In this document: one piece after another, positions 14,073-28,296 of the stretch
Layout: every line of letters starts with the position of its first letter
How positions within the stretch are numbered: position 1 is the first letter of the stretch
Assembly: GCA_002189035.1 (NCBI GenBank)
Contig: CM007989.1
Coordinates: 6,820,001 to 6,884,000 of the forward strand
DNA: 64,000 nt
From: Utricularia gibba
Taxonomy: Eukaryota; Plantae; Magnoliophyta
Direction of reading: 5' to 3'
The notes under the pieces: model-generated
What the model saw: the letters and a program-made list of their open reading frames with translations, nothing else
The model's database searches: none
What the model was told of the DNA's origin: nothing
Position numbers and translations under genes: made by a program

Positions 14073-16011
14073 AAGACAATAATCAAATAACCAACCTCAC
14101 AACATATAAGCGAGCTCTGCTGCTTTTTTATTATTTGCACTATATACTATCTACTGGGTGATTTAGAAAAATGGCCATTGTCATCTCACTGTGTGAGAAA
14201 AATGACCACCTTATGTGTAAAAATTTTGTCTTAATGTGTGAGAGAGGTGGGGAGGATGTACCCTTTGTACTGCCATCTCACACACCTAAATATGCATTCT
14301 CCAATTTGCAAATGGGTCAATACTAACACATTGCATTATTAGATCACCTATTTATTCATGCCCCATCACCTACTAGCCCCTAAGAAAACATAACACAAAT
14401 CTACATGTCCTTCTTCTCATCTTTATCACACTCACTCCAATTGCCAATCAATCCCCTTCACCTATATTTTTTGAAAATCATTTTTCGAATAATTAATTCT
14501 AATAAAATTTCCTATTTTATAATATAAATCGCTAAACATATTTTTTCCCAGAATTAAAAAATCATCCTATATTTTATGATATTCTGATTCCAACCCTAAT
14601 CCATCAACCCATCCCTAGGGAGGCCCGCCCGCATCTCATTAATTGCCGTTTCCATCCCTTGCGCCAGGTTCGGACTAATTAAACCTACCTCCCAACCAAA
14701 TCAAACCCTACTTGCTCAATAATACCTTCCCAAATTGCAATTAATCATCCTCTAAACATGGATTAACTTGGCGGGAGCCACACTTTTCAAATATACCCTC
14801 CCTACTCACATCCCTTATTTTCTGCACTTCATTTTTTCAAAATAAAAAGAATTATAAATATTTTATAAATTATAATTTTGGCATTTTTGGAGGAGATGGA
14901 TGGAGCGAAATTGAATTCTTCTCCCTCGCGCTCGCCTTGTGTGACCATGCGGTCCCCAGATCGTGTCTTTTGAAGGTTTGCTTGTGTTTATCAGAACATG
15001 GTTTCTTAAAGCATTTTTACTTGTTTCCGAAAATGATGATGTGCCATTTTCGGAAATAAGGTAAATGTTTCGAAAATGATTAATCTTATTTTTTATTTTT
15101 TATGAAAATGGAAATGAGTAAACCCGCTTTCCTTTCATAAATAGTTTAAAATGTAATTTATAATATTTATTTTAATATTACAATTTTCGTAAATATATAC
15201 AAACTTAACGAAAATTTAATAAAAGAAACTTAATAACTCAATTTTTGAAAATGCTATGTCAATACTTCTGGAAATGAGTAAAAGATGTTCTTATTGAATG
15301 TATAAATGGATGTATTAGAAAAATGAGCATGTTATATGTAAAAAATTGATAATAATAATATATGATAGATAAAGACATAGTAATTATTTTTTTTAAAATA
15401 ACTAGTAAATCATATCTAGATGTAGGGAATCTCAAAACTTCAAAGGGGTTTCTTTTTTCATGTATAAGATATTGGGATAATGGATTTTTTTATTATTTTT
15501 TATTTGGAGAATAAAGTGGGGAGCTTAATGTACGTATCTCACTTCACTTAGGAGTTACGCGTGAAGGAGAATAATTATGAAAATCAATTTAATGGGTAAA
15601 ATAAAATGTATACAAATGCACATGCCAGTATTGTACGGTGTCCCTAAACAAGGCGGCTCTGTCTTCTCTGTCTGTCTGAAGACTGAGGAGGAGGAGGAGG
15701 ATATGGCATAGGATGATAGCGTCTGGTTTTCCGTGAAGGGAATCAGCAAAATTCTCTCTTTTTTCGCAATCTGCTAACAGGCGGTTAATTGCAGGATCCC
15801 CAGATCAGATTCTCTAATTTATTCCCAGTACGAAAATTTTGTGTTGCTGTTGCTTCTTCATCTGATTTTTGTTCTGGGCTGCTGCGTGAGGTTGGCTTTA
15901 ATTTGATCTGGGGTTCTCAATGCTTGGTTCTGGTGACCCTTTTGAGGTTTCTGATTGGTTGACTGAATTTGCAGAGTTTTGAGTGATCGGAAGCTTGTGC
16001 TCCGGTGAGAA

Positions 16012-16999
16012 ATGGGGAAACCCAGCCGCGATTGGGCCCAGATTTACGCGATCTACGGACTAGACGATTGGCAAACTCCATTGTTTCTCTTCGTTCATGG
16101 CGTCGGTTTCTCCGTTCTTGCGCTACTGTTTCTAATGTACTTCGAGCCCATTTGCTGCTTGTTCCAGCAATTTCTTCCTGGATCGGCTACTGCCCGTTTC
16201 GCCGCAGGGTTCACCGGCTCCGTCACCGCGCTCACCGCCGTGTGTCTGTTCTTCGCGGCCGGTAATTTTTTCTACTCTGCCGTGGCACTTCACTGGGAAA
16301 TGTCTCAGCGCATCGTTTCCTCGGTCCCCGATTGGTCCGCCGTGAAGCACGCCCTCGACCTCGGCTGCGGCCGCGGCGTCCTTCTCAACGCCGTCGCGAT
16401 GCAGCTGAAAAAGTCCGGATCCTCCGGTCGGGTCGTCGGCCTCAGCCCCACCCGAGCCCATTTTCACGGCCCTACGCCGGCGCGTACCTTGGAAACCGCC
16501 AGAATGGAAGGCGTTCAAGAATACGTTACTTGCAGGTAAAAAGAATTATCCGGTTAATCGCGTTGTTTTTTGTATTTTTTTCACGGCGGGGCAGCGATAT
16601 GACTTCCAAATCTAATTTTTCACTTTCAGGCCTGGGGATCCACGAAGACTCCCCTTCACCGACGGCTACTTCGACGTGGTGGTGTCGGCGGCGTTCGTTC
16701 ACCGCGTGGGGAAGGAGTTCGGGGAGAAGACTGCCGCGGCAGCGGCGGAGAGGATGCGGGTGTTGAGCGAGGCGGTGAGAGTACTGAAACCCGGCGGCGT
16801 GGGGGTATTCTGGGATGTGGTCCACGCGCCAGAGTACGCGCGGCGGCTGAGTGAGATGAAGATGGAGGAGGTGGAGGTGTCGGAGCGCGTGACGGCGTTC
16901 ATGGCCGGCAGCCACATCGTGAGTTTCAGGAAGCCACGTCACCATACCGGCGCGGTGGCGGAATTCAGTGTGGAGTGGAGATTCAGCAGCCCCTGTTGA
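16012..16999 (+). CDS. SAM-dependent methyltransferase (Methyltransf_11-type) with N-terminal transmembrane segments, 2 exons
   Basis: MGKPSRDWAQIYAIYG start, motif I ALDLGCGRG, intron 16536-16630 joining VTCR|PGDPRRLPFTDGYFDVVVS, and RVLKPGGVGVFWD. Confidence 0.9.
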
Positions 17000-19900
17000 C
17001 CTTGGAAAACCAACAGCAACAGGAAGCTCACCCACACCTGCCATCCCATCAAATTGTAAAATGATATAAAGTTTTAAAATATTATGACACCTAATCAAGG
17101 GGAGTTTTCGCGTATGTGACAAAATTAATCATACTACACACCTCATTAAAACATTATATTAGTAATTATTTTGAAACTGAATCATCATTTTTCAAAATCG
17201 AAAAAAACAAAAGTTTTTTAAAAAATATTTTTAAAAAGATTAAAAATTCAGAATGAAAGCAATGACGGTGGCGAAATAACGCAGGCAGGGAGAGGGGGGA
17301 GGGAGACCAGATTGGGAAGATGACGGCGGCGGGACAGGAGGCAGAAAGAGGGATAGGGTTAAGGTCATTTTCGTCATTTTAAGCATCACAAGCAAGTTCA
17401 TGCATCGGTGTGAATACAAACAAAGATCCAGGTCAGTAGAGGGAGGGAGGGAGAAAATGGTAATAATAATAATAAAAAACCCTTGGTGACGTGTCGCCAC
17501 CGACACCATGGGATGGATGGATTTCTACTGCTGAAGATGAAAAAATCTGGTTCCTTTCCAACAGTGACACACACAATGTGCATCTCTCTCTCTCTCATAT
17601 TATATATTATTTCATATGCTTGTGATTTATCAAAAATGTTATTAAAAAATTTTGTGGATTGAAAAAAATGGTGTTACTGAAAATAAAATAAAATAAAATA
17701 AAATAAAATGGGGATTACATTAATGCGGCATGTGAGATGGGTATCATTCAAGTTTGAAGTTCGAAGTTTGAACACATGGACTATTATTATTCGTCATTCA
17801 ATGCAGTGCAATGCAATGTAGAAGAAGAAGAATTTCTTGGGTATTCTAAAAAAAAAAAAGGGAGAAAAGAGGGGCCTGAGGTGGCCCCACACGGAGAAAT
17901 TTGAGGAGTCGGAGTTGGAGTTGGAGTCAGCATCCGCTCTACTTTGGAAAACGGACCAGATTTCACATGCTCCACTCTCAAAATATCTTTATCTTTAATA
18001 TTTTTAATTCATAAAATAAATAGATTAACCTAATTATTGTTAATATGTACGTTATAATTGTACTAGAGAAAATTGAAAAAGCAACACCTAAAGTCATTAT
18101 AAATAGTTTAACTCTCAAATTTCAAAATTACAAAAAAGATATCTCAAGTTGTCAAAACCGTTAAACGAAAATCTAAATAATTTTCAAAATTTTTAAAAAC
18201 TGAACCAAACATAAGCAATTAAGTATGCATCAAATAACTATAAATGATAAGTTAAAAATGAGAGTTTAAAAATATAAAAAAATCAAAATAATTATCAAAA
18301 TTGTTTAACGAAAACCAAAAAATAAGAGATTAAATATACAATTTCATAAGTTGAAGTGCAAATTATTTATAAAAAATATAAGTTGAGGTAAATATGATGT
18401 AATTTTGAAAATTAAGTGTTAAATTCTTTATATTGATTATAAATTGAGGTGACATTGGTAAATTTCATCCAATTGTATGATATTGTTTGTTTCAATTAAC
18501 TAATTTTCATGATTTTACATTTTAAATTTTTTAGAAAAAAATCTTGTACAAGGTTAAAAATATCTTTTTATTTTAATATATCTTATTATTTATCTATAAT
18601 CAATATAGGATATATATATAGAATTGGAAATTTATCCTTTTTTAATAATAAATTGAAATTTTATCTGTTGTTTATCCGGGAGAGGAAATGAATTCACGGC
18701 ATTCTCGTACGTAGGGAATGAAAGGATGGATAGGGTAGAGGATTTCATTATTGCCAATAAAAAATTAAAATAAATGCAAATTTCAGTGAAATTTCCCTCA
18801 AATTTCAAAATATTTCTAAAATTCAAATCCCTTGGCCCAGCGATAGAGAGAGAAAAGGGCAGTCCTGGAATTGTCATCGGAGAAAAAATGAGAACGCGGC
18901 GGTGTTAGTCGTCGACGCGACCTTTGAAAAGATGTGAAATCTGGACCGCTGAACGCCAAACAGCTCCAACGTGGAAAAAAAAAAGTCGCATTGTATCAAC
19001 GTGAAAAAAAATATATATATATCTTCTGTATATAATAAATACATTAATGTTTATTATAACAAATTATTTTTTGTGTTAATAGTTAAATTATTTTTTATTA
19101 AAATATATGAAATATTAATGTTTATTAAAAATATCATGTTTATATTTAATCTTATCAAATTTTACTATAAAATAATAATATTAAAGCAATTGATATATTT
19201 TTATTTCTAAAATTATTATTCAATTATTTTATTTTTCATAATTTTTTTATTTAAATTTAAATTATATAAATATATTACATAATTATGATACAAATACAAA
19301 TAATTATGCTTATAATAATTAATAAACATATTTATTCATAAATGTTTGTAAACAAGAGTTAAATTTAAATAAATAAAAATAAATAAAATTTTGTTTGATT
19401 AACTTAAATAAATTAATATGAACAAATTTTTCGTTTGATAAAATTGTTAAAATACAAAATATCATATCGGAAAATGAAAATAAAATAGTATAGTATACAA
19501 GAAACTATAGATCACAAGTAATTGATTGAATTTAATTTTTTCTATTATGATCCATGTTTTTTATGTATTTAGGTTTCACGTGTGTGCTCACCCAACCCAT
19601 CGTATCTTGATTTTCAACAAAAATTACATAAACGAATACAAACATAAGTATTTGTATTCATTCCCCTCGTATATCAATCGTATGTGTGTATAATAATATA
19701 ACCAACCTTCTTTTTTCTCTTTTTATTTAGTTTGTTAGTAAAAGCGAGAGACTGCAAGCATTTGCCATTGGGTGAGCACATGGTAATAAAGAGACTGCTT
19801 TGGGGTGATGTGTCTGTTTCTTGATTTATGTTGGTTTGGGGTTACTTTGGTAACGTGGGATGTGTCCCCATGCCATGGCATGATTAGTGAGTGATGCAAT

Positions 19901-20678
19901 GCACCACAATGAATGTTTTGTTGAATCGCAGCCACAGACAGGTGCCTGCGACCGTTGTTAGAGGCCTTAATGAATGAAAATGATGTCTTAGATGATGTGA
20001 TTATTAATTTTTTATTATTATTATAAAGCAGAAGAATACAATGATGGACCCATGAGAAGCAGTATGATTTAAGGGAATTAATTTGGGATTTGAATGGGCG
20101 TCGCAACTGCTTTTATAAATAGGACTGTTGTTAGTGGCATTAAATGGCGGATGTGAAAGAAAATGATATTTTTAGATTATGCAATTATTACATTTTTAAA
20201 TCATGCAATAATAACAACCACAGACTATTTCTAACATAATATACCAAGAATCAATCTGATATGCTTTGGTTGAATGAATCGAAAGGATGTATAGTAACAT
20301 GTTACGTTTATAATGAAACGAATATGGGTTATGGTATGAAGATGTCATTGAAAATTTTTTTAAAAAAACTATAAAGATTATCTTATATGTTACATTTTGA
20401 ACTATTTGCAATTAAAAAATGATTAATAATCGAAATAGAATAAAATATGACTTATTGATTATTAATGATTACATGTAGGTAAGTAATTACTATTTTACTA
20501 AAACTTGTCAGAATAATCCATGGTATAAGATAAATATTATTTAAAAATGATAAAAAACAATTTTAAAAGTTTTTTTTTTTTGGTAAAACATCATATAAAT
20601 GAACAATGCAAATTAAAAAAAAGGTAAAAAAAAAAAGAAGACACGTAATTGAAATGTACGGTATAAAATTTTATGGGA

Positions 20679-23600
20679 TCAGGGAGCGGGTACGCAGTAC
20701 GACGAGCTGAGAGCGGGCGGGAGAACGCAGACCAAATGAGGCCCGGGAGGGCTGCAGCTTATCTGGGCTTCCTTCACCTCCGGGAGAACGAGCTGCGGAG
20801 GCCGCACGTATCCGGCCACCAGCGGAAAGCAGAGAATGGAGATCACGATCCTGGAACCTATCACCATCATACTGACCGGTGAGCTTCATGGAACTCCAAG
20901 ATTATTCAGCGACAAGAGGGGTTGGGTTACCTTGCTTCGTCGGAAGTGATGCGTATCCTCGTTTCCGGCCGGCGATCATCCAGTTCCCGGAGTTGATGGT
21001 GACTTCGTATAGAACCTCGTCCTATCCACAGCATAGACGGTGATCATTTATGGAAACAGACACAGCAGGGTGATTTCACCACACGTTACTTCAGGACAGT
21101 GCAGGTGACTGACTTGTAGCTAGAGCAAAAGCTAGGGTTTGTTTGATCACTACAGGAACGAAGAAAGAAAGGGGTTACCAGATCAGTGGAAGCCACATCC
21201 CTTTGGGAGTCTTTCAGCCTTTCTACTCTCCATTGCATGGTAACAAGCTGGCCAACTCGAAGACCACTCGCGGGAGAGGAAGAAAGCCAACCGCAAAGCA
21301 TGGGTCCAGAACTGGGCGTTGTAACGTGAGAACACATCTGAATGTCAGGTGCTCAGTGGCTTCATCACCAGGTTCTGTAAGTTTCTTAGATATGGGTGTA
21401 TGAGCTCCATGACTTCTACTACCAGATATTGTATATTTGATGTTCAGCACACTCTCTGAAAGCAGGTCCTTGGCTTGACCTGCAGACATTTTTTCCATGT
21501 AAATGAACAAGCAGAAAGATAAAGCTTGCTCATGCATCGAGGTACTTGAAACCTTGAAATGAAAACACCATTTGGTATCACGTCAAGTCTTGTCGCAACT
21601 TGTTCAATGAAAGGCCTATCATGAGAAAAGCAAACGGGAGATGGGGTACCTAGTGCGCTTGCATCTGAAACTCCAACACTAAAAATGAGCCCAGCTTTGG
21701 ATTTAAACGACACGATCAAAGGGAAAAATCTGGATATCGGTCTTCCATCAGGTTTCCCAGCATGAGAAAAGCCTTCTTGAAGCTCCAACCAAGCATCATG
21801 GATTGCCAACGAAGCTTTAACTTGAGATTGCAATATGACCTGAAGAGATTAAAGAAAACAGTGTAGGGTGACAATCCACTCTGAAGAATATATTAGTCTG
21901 TACTAGTTCACACCAGTGCAATAGTATGAGTTACCTGCAGAATCAGAGTTCCATCGCCACATTTGTCTACAAGACGTGTGCTTACAAGAAATGGGTCTGT
22001 AAAATGAACAGCCATCGTTCTGCAACACAAGCACAACGACTTCAGATTTTGCCGGAGATTTTTCATGGGGAAAAAACTTATTGCAATAAAAAAACAAGTA
22101 CTTGTCAAATGTCTGGGTATGAGAGACTCCAAAATCAAGAGTCAAAGCGATGGTTCGCAAGCCATCAACGAGACTCTGTCTCTGAGGTACAAATGTTCCT
22201 GTGGAGACACGTGCTATTGCATATTACATACCAAGGAGATAAGACCTCACAATAAGATCACATTCAAATATAAAACTAACCCGCAGGTGCTCCCTTGGGT
22301 AACACATCACTAGCAGCTCGAAGTGCTACCCATAATACTGATGTGGTGCTACCTGCCCAGTCAGGCAACTTGATCTTCCCATCTTCAAGTCTCAAACGTT
22401 CTTTAGGTAACCGTGGAGAAGGATCAGAAGGCATTTCCTCCATCCCAGCACCATCAGATGATCCGGTTTCATATTTCTCAATTTCAATATCATGCGTCTC
22501 CTCAATGATTAAACCAGGACCAGGATCTATGTGCAGCACAGCACCCTTTAGAGAGTACTCAATTGGTGTAACGATTATTCCAACCCACTGAGATTCATTT
22601 ATCAGTAAAGCAGATGAAACAGCAACAGCAAGATCAACAAGAGGTCTTGGCAGCGCAACCTGGAAAGGAATATTAAGAGGATCATCAAGTAACTTAGTAA
22701 GCCCAAGATGTTTGGAAGTACATCAAATAGGGAAGCAATTTTCTGGTAAGTAGGATGCAGGATACCCTCAAGATAGGTCTCATTGGTTTTTCATAACTCA
22801 TAAAATCATCACCATCCTCTGGGCCACCTTTTGAAAAACTGTGGGATCTGAATCTTAATCGACCTATCTGTCCAGTAAGTACGCCTAGCACGTAGGAGCC
22901 TGGCTTTTGTGGGGCAGAGACAGAATAATTTTGCTTTTACCAGGACTTAAAACAACAGGTCCAGAGCTTTTGATGCCCTGTAAGTAAGGAAGAGGGAAAA
23001 AAGAACCAAAGAGATTGCTAAATACACAATTTTACCTTCCATCGTGTCTGAGCACTAGAGGATGTATAAAAATAAACATTACCTTGGCACCTTCATCACT
23101 ACTATCTGTGGATGTCAATGTCAGACTAAGTGATTCAAGAGTTATATCCTCTGGAAACTCACTGCACAGAGTAACTGGTAGTGCACCAGGGTCCCCATCA
23201 CATAGTTCCAGAGGAGGCCCCTGGTTGCTAGAAAATGTTATTAAAGAGGACACGTCTAGGGGTACTGGATTCTCCATTTCACTGTTAGCAACACGAACAA
23301 CTTCGGACTGAATAGCCTGCCGTTCCTTTGTTGAGAACAAACGCTTATCTAATGACAACAACCTCACACAAGAAGAAAGATAACCCGCTTGATCATTCAA
23401 TATCTTTTGACACTCAGCCAAGTTTGGAAGGATTTCAGCCAGAAGGTTCTCCCAACCATCACCTGCATAAAGGGCACACACCTTCTCATACAAACTGGCA
23501 GCAACATCAAATTCTTCATGCTTATGGTACACAGCTGCAAGTTCACCCTCAAGGACCACCCCATGCCTCTTCCACCAAGATCTGTGATAGTTATTTGCAG

Positions 23601-26600
23601 CTCCCTTTGTAAGGTCTATATACTTTTTCTGTAAAAAAAAGTTCACAGAAATAATGATATCAGACAGAAGAAAAAAAAATAGAGATTTCAGTATGGAAAA
23701 CAATTTTAGTGCTGCAAAAGATATACTTTTTTATGTATTAGGATGAAAAAGTAGCGTCCCTCAAGGGATGATTAGGATGAGATGGGCAGTGGATCAATGC
23801 ATCACTAATATAGAAAACAAATACAGATACATGACAATAACCTCAAATGCCTCGAGGGATGATAATGATTCCCAAAGTTTTTGATCAGAAATAGTATCTC
23901 GTAAAGCATGTTCAGCTGCAACATAAATTTCTGCTAATCTCATGGGCTGATCAAATGAACCCTCAAATCTGGGCGAGGATAAGGTCCTTGGCATTGAAGG
24001 AGCATTCCCTTTAGGCATTGGGGATACTGGTACTGACCTATCACACATCATACCAAATAATTCTAAGAAGTTTAACAATAAATGCCACATGCTAAACTGG
24101 ACTTGATTGGATGTCCTCAGGAAAAGTTAGAAAAATATAATAAATAATTTATTATACCCTTCGATACCATTAGCTTGACCATCAAGCATTTCCGCTAAAT
24201 TTCCAGCAGAGAGAGAGGCCCTCCTACGGTTAGCCTCACGCAATAGCACAGATGGTTCAAGAGGTAGTGACTTCCTCTGAATGCCAAAATGCTTAGGTTT
24301 TGAAGATTCTTGGAGAATAATCTTGAGGAACATAAAAAAAATACACATCAAGGTATTGGAGAAAAATAAATATCAAACTAACAAGCACATCTGAGGAAGC
24401 ACTATATCCTGAAATTTCACATAATCAAGTCCTAACTTGCCTTTTCCTTTACAAGCACCTCTGCAGAGGCATTGGATGGCAGAGAGGGCCACACTGCTGG
24501 CTTAGGCCATGGTAGCATACTAAGTGAGGCACTGAAGTGGAAGCCACCAGAGATCAGAGTTTTTGTAAAAACTCCCAGATTACATTTGAAACAGAAAGTG
24601 AATTATGATGGCCAATTGGAATACGATAGTCATCACTTTAGAAGAAATTGGCACCTGTTAGAGGGACTTCTGTCTATATTGGATCCGTAGCCAATTAAAT
24701 AGCCTAACCGCATAAACTGCCAAAATGTATCATAATTAAACCAAATTATTTTATATAAAAGAAAAAAAGGAACACTCCACCAGCCCTTGCCTCTTATAAT
24801 CAATAGTCACAACTACAAAAAGCATGTCGCCATTCTCTTGGGCATACGAGTAAAATGGCTTACCTTAGTCCGGCATAAAGTATAAAGATCCCCTTGAACC
24901 CGGTAATATTCCCTTTCAATATCAGGTGGTACTAATCCATCTTTATAATGGAGCAATGTTGCATCAATCAGTGCCAAGCAAGCTGAAATAACCCAGACTT
25001 CACGCATGCAGAAAGGCAATATACTCTGAAAAAAACCATTATCAGTGATTCTTACCAGCAAAGCAGTTACAGATAGAAAAAAAAATGTAATGGCTAACTA
25101 CCTCACGTAAAGCCAATGCCTTTGAAAAGCTAATTATAAATGAGTAACCCCGGGAGGCAACTTCATATGGGCGACTTAATTTGAAGAGAAGCTGTAGTCA
25201 TCACGATAGTGAATCCTTATTATGAAATTTTTGGAAGCATATTAGAAATGGCACTTTGTAAATAATTTTAAAGAAATTAAAAGAGTTCCCAAACAATAAA
25301 ACAAACCTACAATAATCATAACATCTTCCATACCCTTGCTTGACAGGCAAACAAATACTGCCTGAACTCATATTCCCTAAAAGAATCATCTTTAATAATC
25401 TGTGTAAGTCCTTTTTTTCCAGGATTGAGCAGCATAGCCTGTTCATCACCCTGTTCCAGTCCTCCAAAATCCTTCTGCTTTGCTCCCACGTTGGCTAAAA
25501 ACAATGAGATCAAGATCAAAAGAGCATACCCCAGGAATGCATTTTCCATTACTCAGAGAAGTATGAAGCCAATCCTCAACTTAAAGAATGCCATGGTCCT
25601 TTATCTCAATTAGTCCTAGCCAATGAATACAAGAATCTGCACACAAATCGTCATCTTCCAACCCCAAATGCACATTAAATTTGGGAGACTACTGTAAATA
25701 GTGGATGCTGACTTAACTCTTTTGCAAGTGAGATGAACAGATTAGACAGAAAAGTAAATTTAATTGAACTAACCATCATAACAGTAATAGAACACTAAAG
25801 GCAACCTATCAGGTTCAATACATTACAGAATATAGACAGGGCTCTAAGTTTCATGCACCTGTCTCTGAATAACAGAGTTCGAGTTCATCATATTCACGTA
25901 AGGCATCCTCATGAAGATGAGTAATCTCAAACATAAAAGCCAAGCTTTCCTGTAAACCAATGAATATCAAAAAAGTTTGAGTTTCAAAAGACCTAATTAC
26001 AATAGCGTTCAGAGTAGGACAAACTTATCAGAAGCTTCGTTGGTTCTACTAGACAATATGAAGAGAAGAAAAGGAAATTAAATTTTCACAACATCATACT
26101 ATGCGTGATGACGTACAGTTTAAGTTCAAGGAGGAAAGTGGGATGAAAAGTTCAGAATTTAACAAGGTGGTGATTATATTTTTCGCTATAAAACACAGCT
26201 TATCAATTCATGCTAACGATGCTAGCAACTTCAAAGATGAAGCCGTATGTCTAGATAAAGTAAATAATCCTATTCTCTCTCAAGGGTGAGAAGCTGAGAA
26301 ACTCGAGTGATCCATGGACACGCCATTCACCAGCAGTTAAAATAAATAAATAAATAAAAAGAGCACCTTTAGGATAAAGAAGTTGCAGAAATTCCAAACT
26401 GGCATGAAACGCTGTTCGCTGAGTTTTCTAATCTCTTCTTCATAAAACTGGACGCGTCTATCAAGTGTATTTCTGATGCACTCCATCAATTTATTCTCCA
26501 AGTCATCCCAGAAACTGGCATCTTCTCCATGCAAATCTAATTTACAACACCTAAATCCAAGATTTTTCAGCATCAAACTTCATAATTCAAATGAAAAAAA

Positions 26601-27319
26601 TTGAAACCAGATGCTAATAGTGATAAATTTTTGAGATTACCTTTCCCTTTTCTTAGAGTTAAAATCAACTTCAAGTTTTGCAAAAACTTTTTTTGCCATT
26701 TTTGTAGCCTGATCATTGTGAGCTGGTGCTTTCGACAGAAAAACAATAAACCACTCACGCTCATCGTTCTGGACTATTAATTTGAGGCGGGGTTTAAGAA
26801 TGTTTTTGAATTCGTCGAGATCCTTAAACCAAAGGATAGTCAGTCAGAATGACTTTGAGAGTAAAGAAAATGCCGCTTTTAAAGGATGAGAAGTGAGAGA
26901 CTATCTTGGAAAATGACACACCTCACATGTCACCAAAACTATAGTTGCATATGGTTCCCGGAACCAGAAGAGTAATTGCTCCTGAGGAAACCGACTACGC
27001 AATCTTGCATCTGTTGTGAGAATATATTCAGCAGGAAGCTCATTAACAAGCACAGGATTGCGTGTCTTGTTGTTTAGGAATGCCTTCTTGAAGGGCAACC
27101 TTTCCTCAAAATCCTTCTTCACAATGGGCCATAAATCACTTACATCCTCAACTACGAAAGTCATAGTGATTATTGCTCATCAATAAGTGATTTCACTGAA
27201 AATCAAGATCCAAAAAATGTGGCTGCGGAAACCAGTAAAATGGAAATGAATTTACCAGCAATAACTACACGATCAAAGGATGTCTTAATACTTTGGAATT
27301 GAGGCAAAAAACTCGCCAT
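20679..27319 (-). CDS. TRS130: TRAPPII subunit TRS130/TRAPPC10 (CLUB), about 20 exons; two apparent 1-nt frameshifts
   Basis: Start MASFLPQFQSIK; motifs TTDARLRSRFPQEQ, RRVQFYEEEIRKLSEQRFMP, REANRRRASLS and SWWKRHGVVL; end PALSSSYCVP. All match plant TRS130 as recalled. GC donor at 24440. Confidence 0.93.
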
Positions 27320-28189
27320 TGTCTTCAAGCTATAGCGACCATCAATTCATCACCTGCGAGCTGTGATTGGCAAGGAACGATGCAAATAGAGTTTATTGTC
27401 TTCCCCGATTGATATTTTGCCTCTTCTTAAAAAACATGGCTATAATTCTTAAACATTTTACCGTTCTAAATAGACTTAAGCAGGCAGTAATGGCTATGCA
27501 ACTATTTTATGTAAACAAGAAACTACAATCCCTGAAATCCTAAACCCCCACTTCTAACCACAGGCTAGTTAAAGAGCAATGTTATATTCATGCCCGCAAG
27601 TACATCTTTTCCTCACAACTGCTCTTACTGTAAACTACAAACAAAAACACAACACATCAAAGAACATACACGCATAAATGGATTAACAACCGATCCAACC
27701 AGTAAATCAGGCTTGGTTATCATTAGTGGAACAAATCAGAATGAGTTTTGAGAATATAATAGAGAAAATTCTATAAACATTTTAGAAACAATTACATTGC
27801 ATAAAAATGTAAACGTTAAACGTAACTCTCAATACGAAAACACAAAAGGAGTAATTCTTTCTGCTCAACCAGCTCCAAAAAACATAAAGCAAGAAATCGT
27901 CTTTAAATTCAAGATTGGTAAATATCAAAAACTACTAACTTCCAGAGAAATGATCGAGATTCCAGAGATGACGGAACACCGGTAACCAGATCAAACTGTG
28001 AGATCCCTAAGCAATCGCTCTTATTTCAGTAGTGGAGCTACGAACGATGGATTCAACTCATGAAGATACGATCGGAACCTATGGTACCGGTAATGTACAC
28101 CTTTCTCACCGTCGACAGCTCCGAGCGATCGACGGGGGCAACAGCCAACAAGACAGTGTGGAGAAATTTTTGAGCCGTAGGAGCAATGG

Positions 28190-28260
28190 GTCATGTTTGG
28201 GCCATTTAGGCCATGTGCTGATTGGGCTTATTAAAGTCAGCCCACCAGTTTCGTCGCCGA
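28190..28260 (-). promoter_or_regulatory. Site II (TGGGCY) element cluster, probable TRS130 promoter
   Basis: TTGGGCC, TGGGCTT and AGCCCA motifs just upstream of a likely 5' UTR exon (~27980-28150). Confidence 0.45.
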
Positions 28261-28296
28261 AATATAAATATTTATTTATTTATTTTTGTCAAAAGT

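Noticed and set aside
14156-14349. Mutator-like small element
   Set aside because: Only a 7/9 terminal match and no target-site duplication.
16132-17122. Long antisense or alternate-frame ORFs over the methyltransferase, and similar ones over WD40, RSS3-like, NCL and MDH
   Set aside because: Shadows of GC-rich coding sequence with no independent motifs.
18509-19210. Ile/Lys/Phe-rich ORFs in AT-rich DNA
   Set aside because: Low-complexity compositional artefacts.
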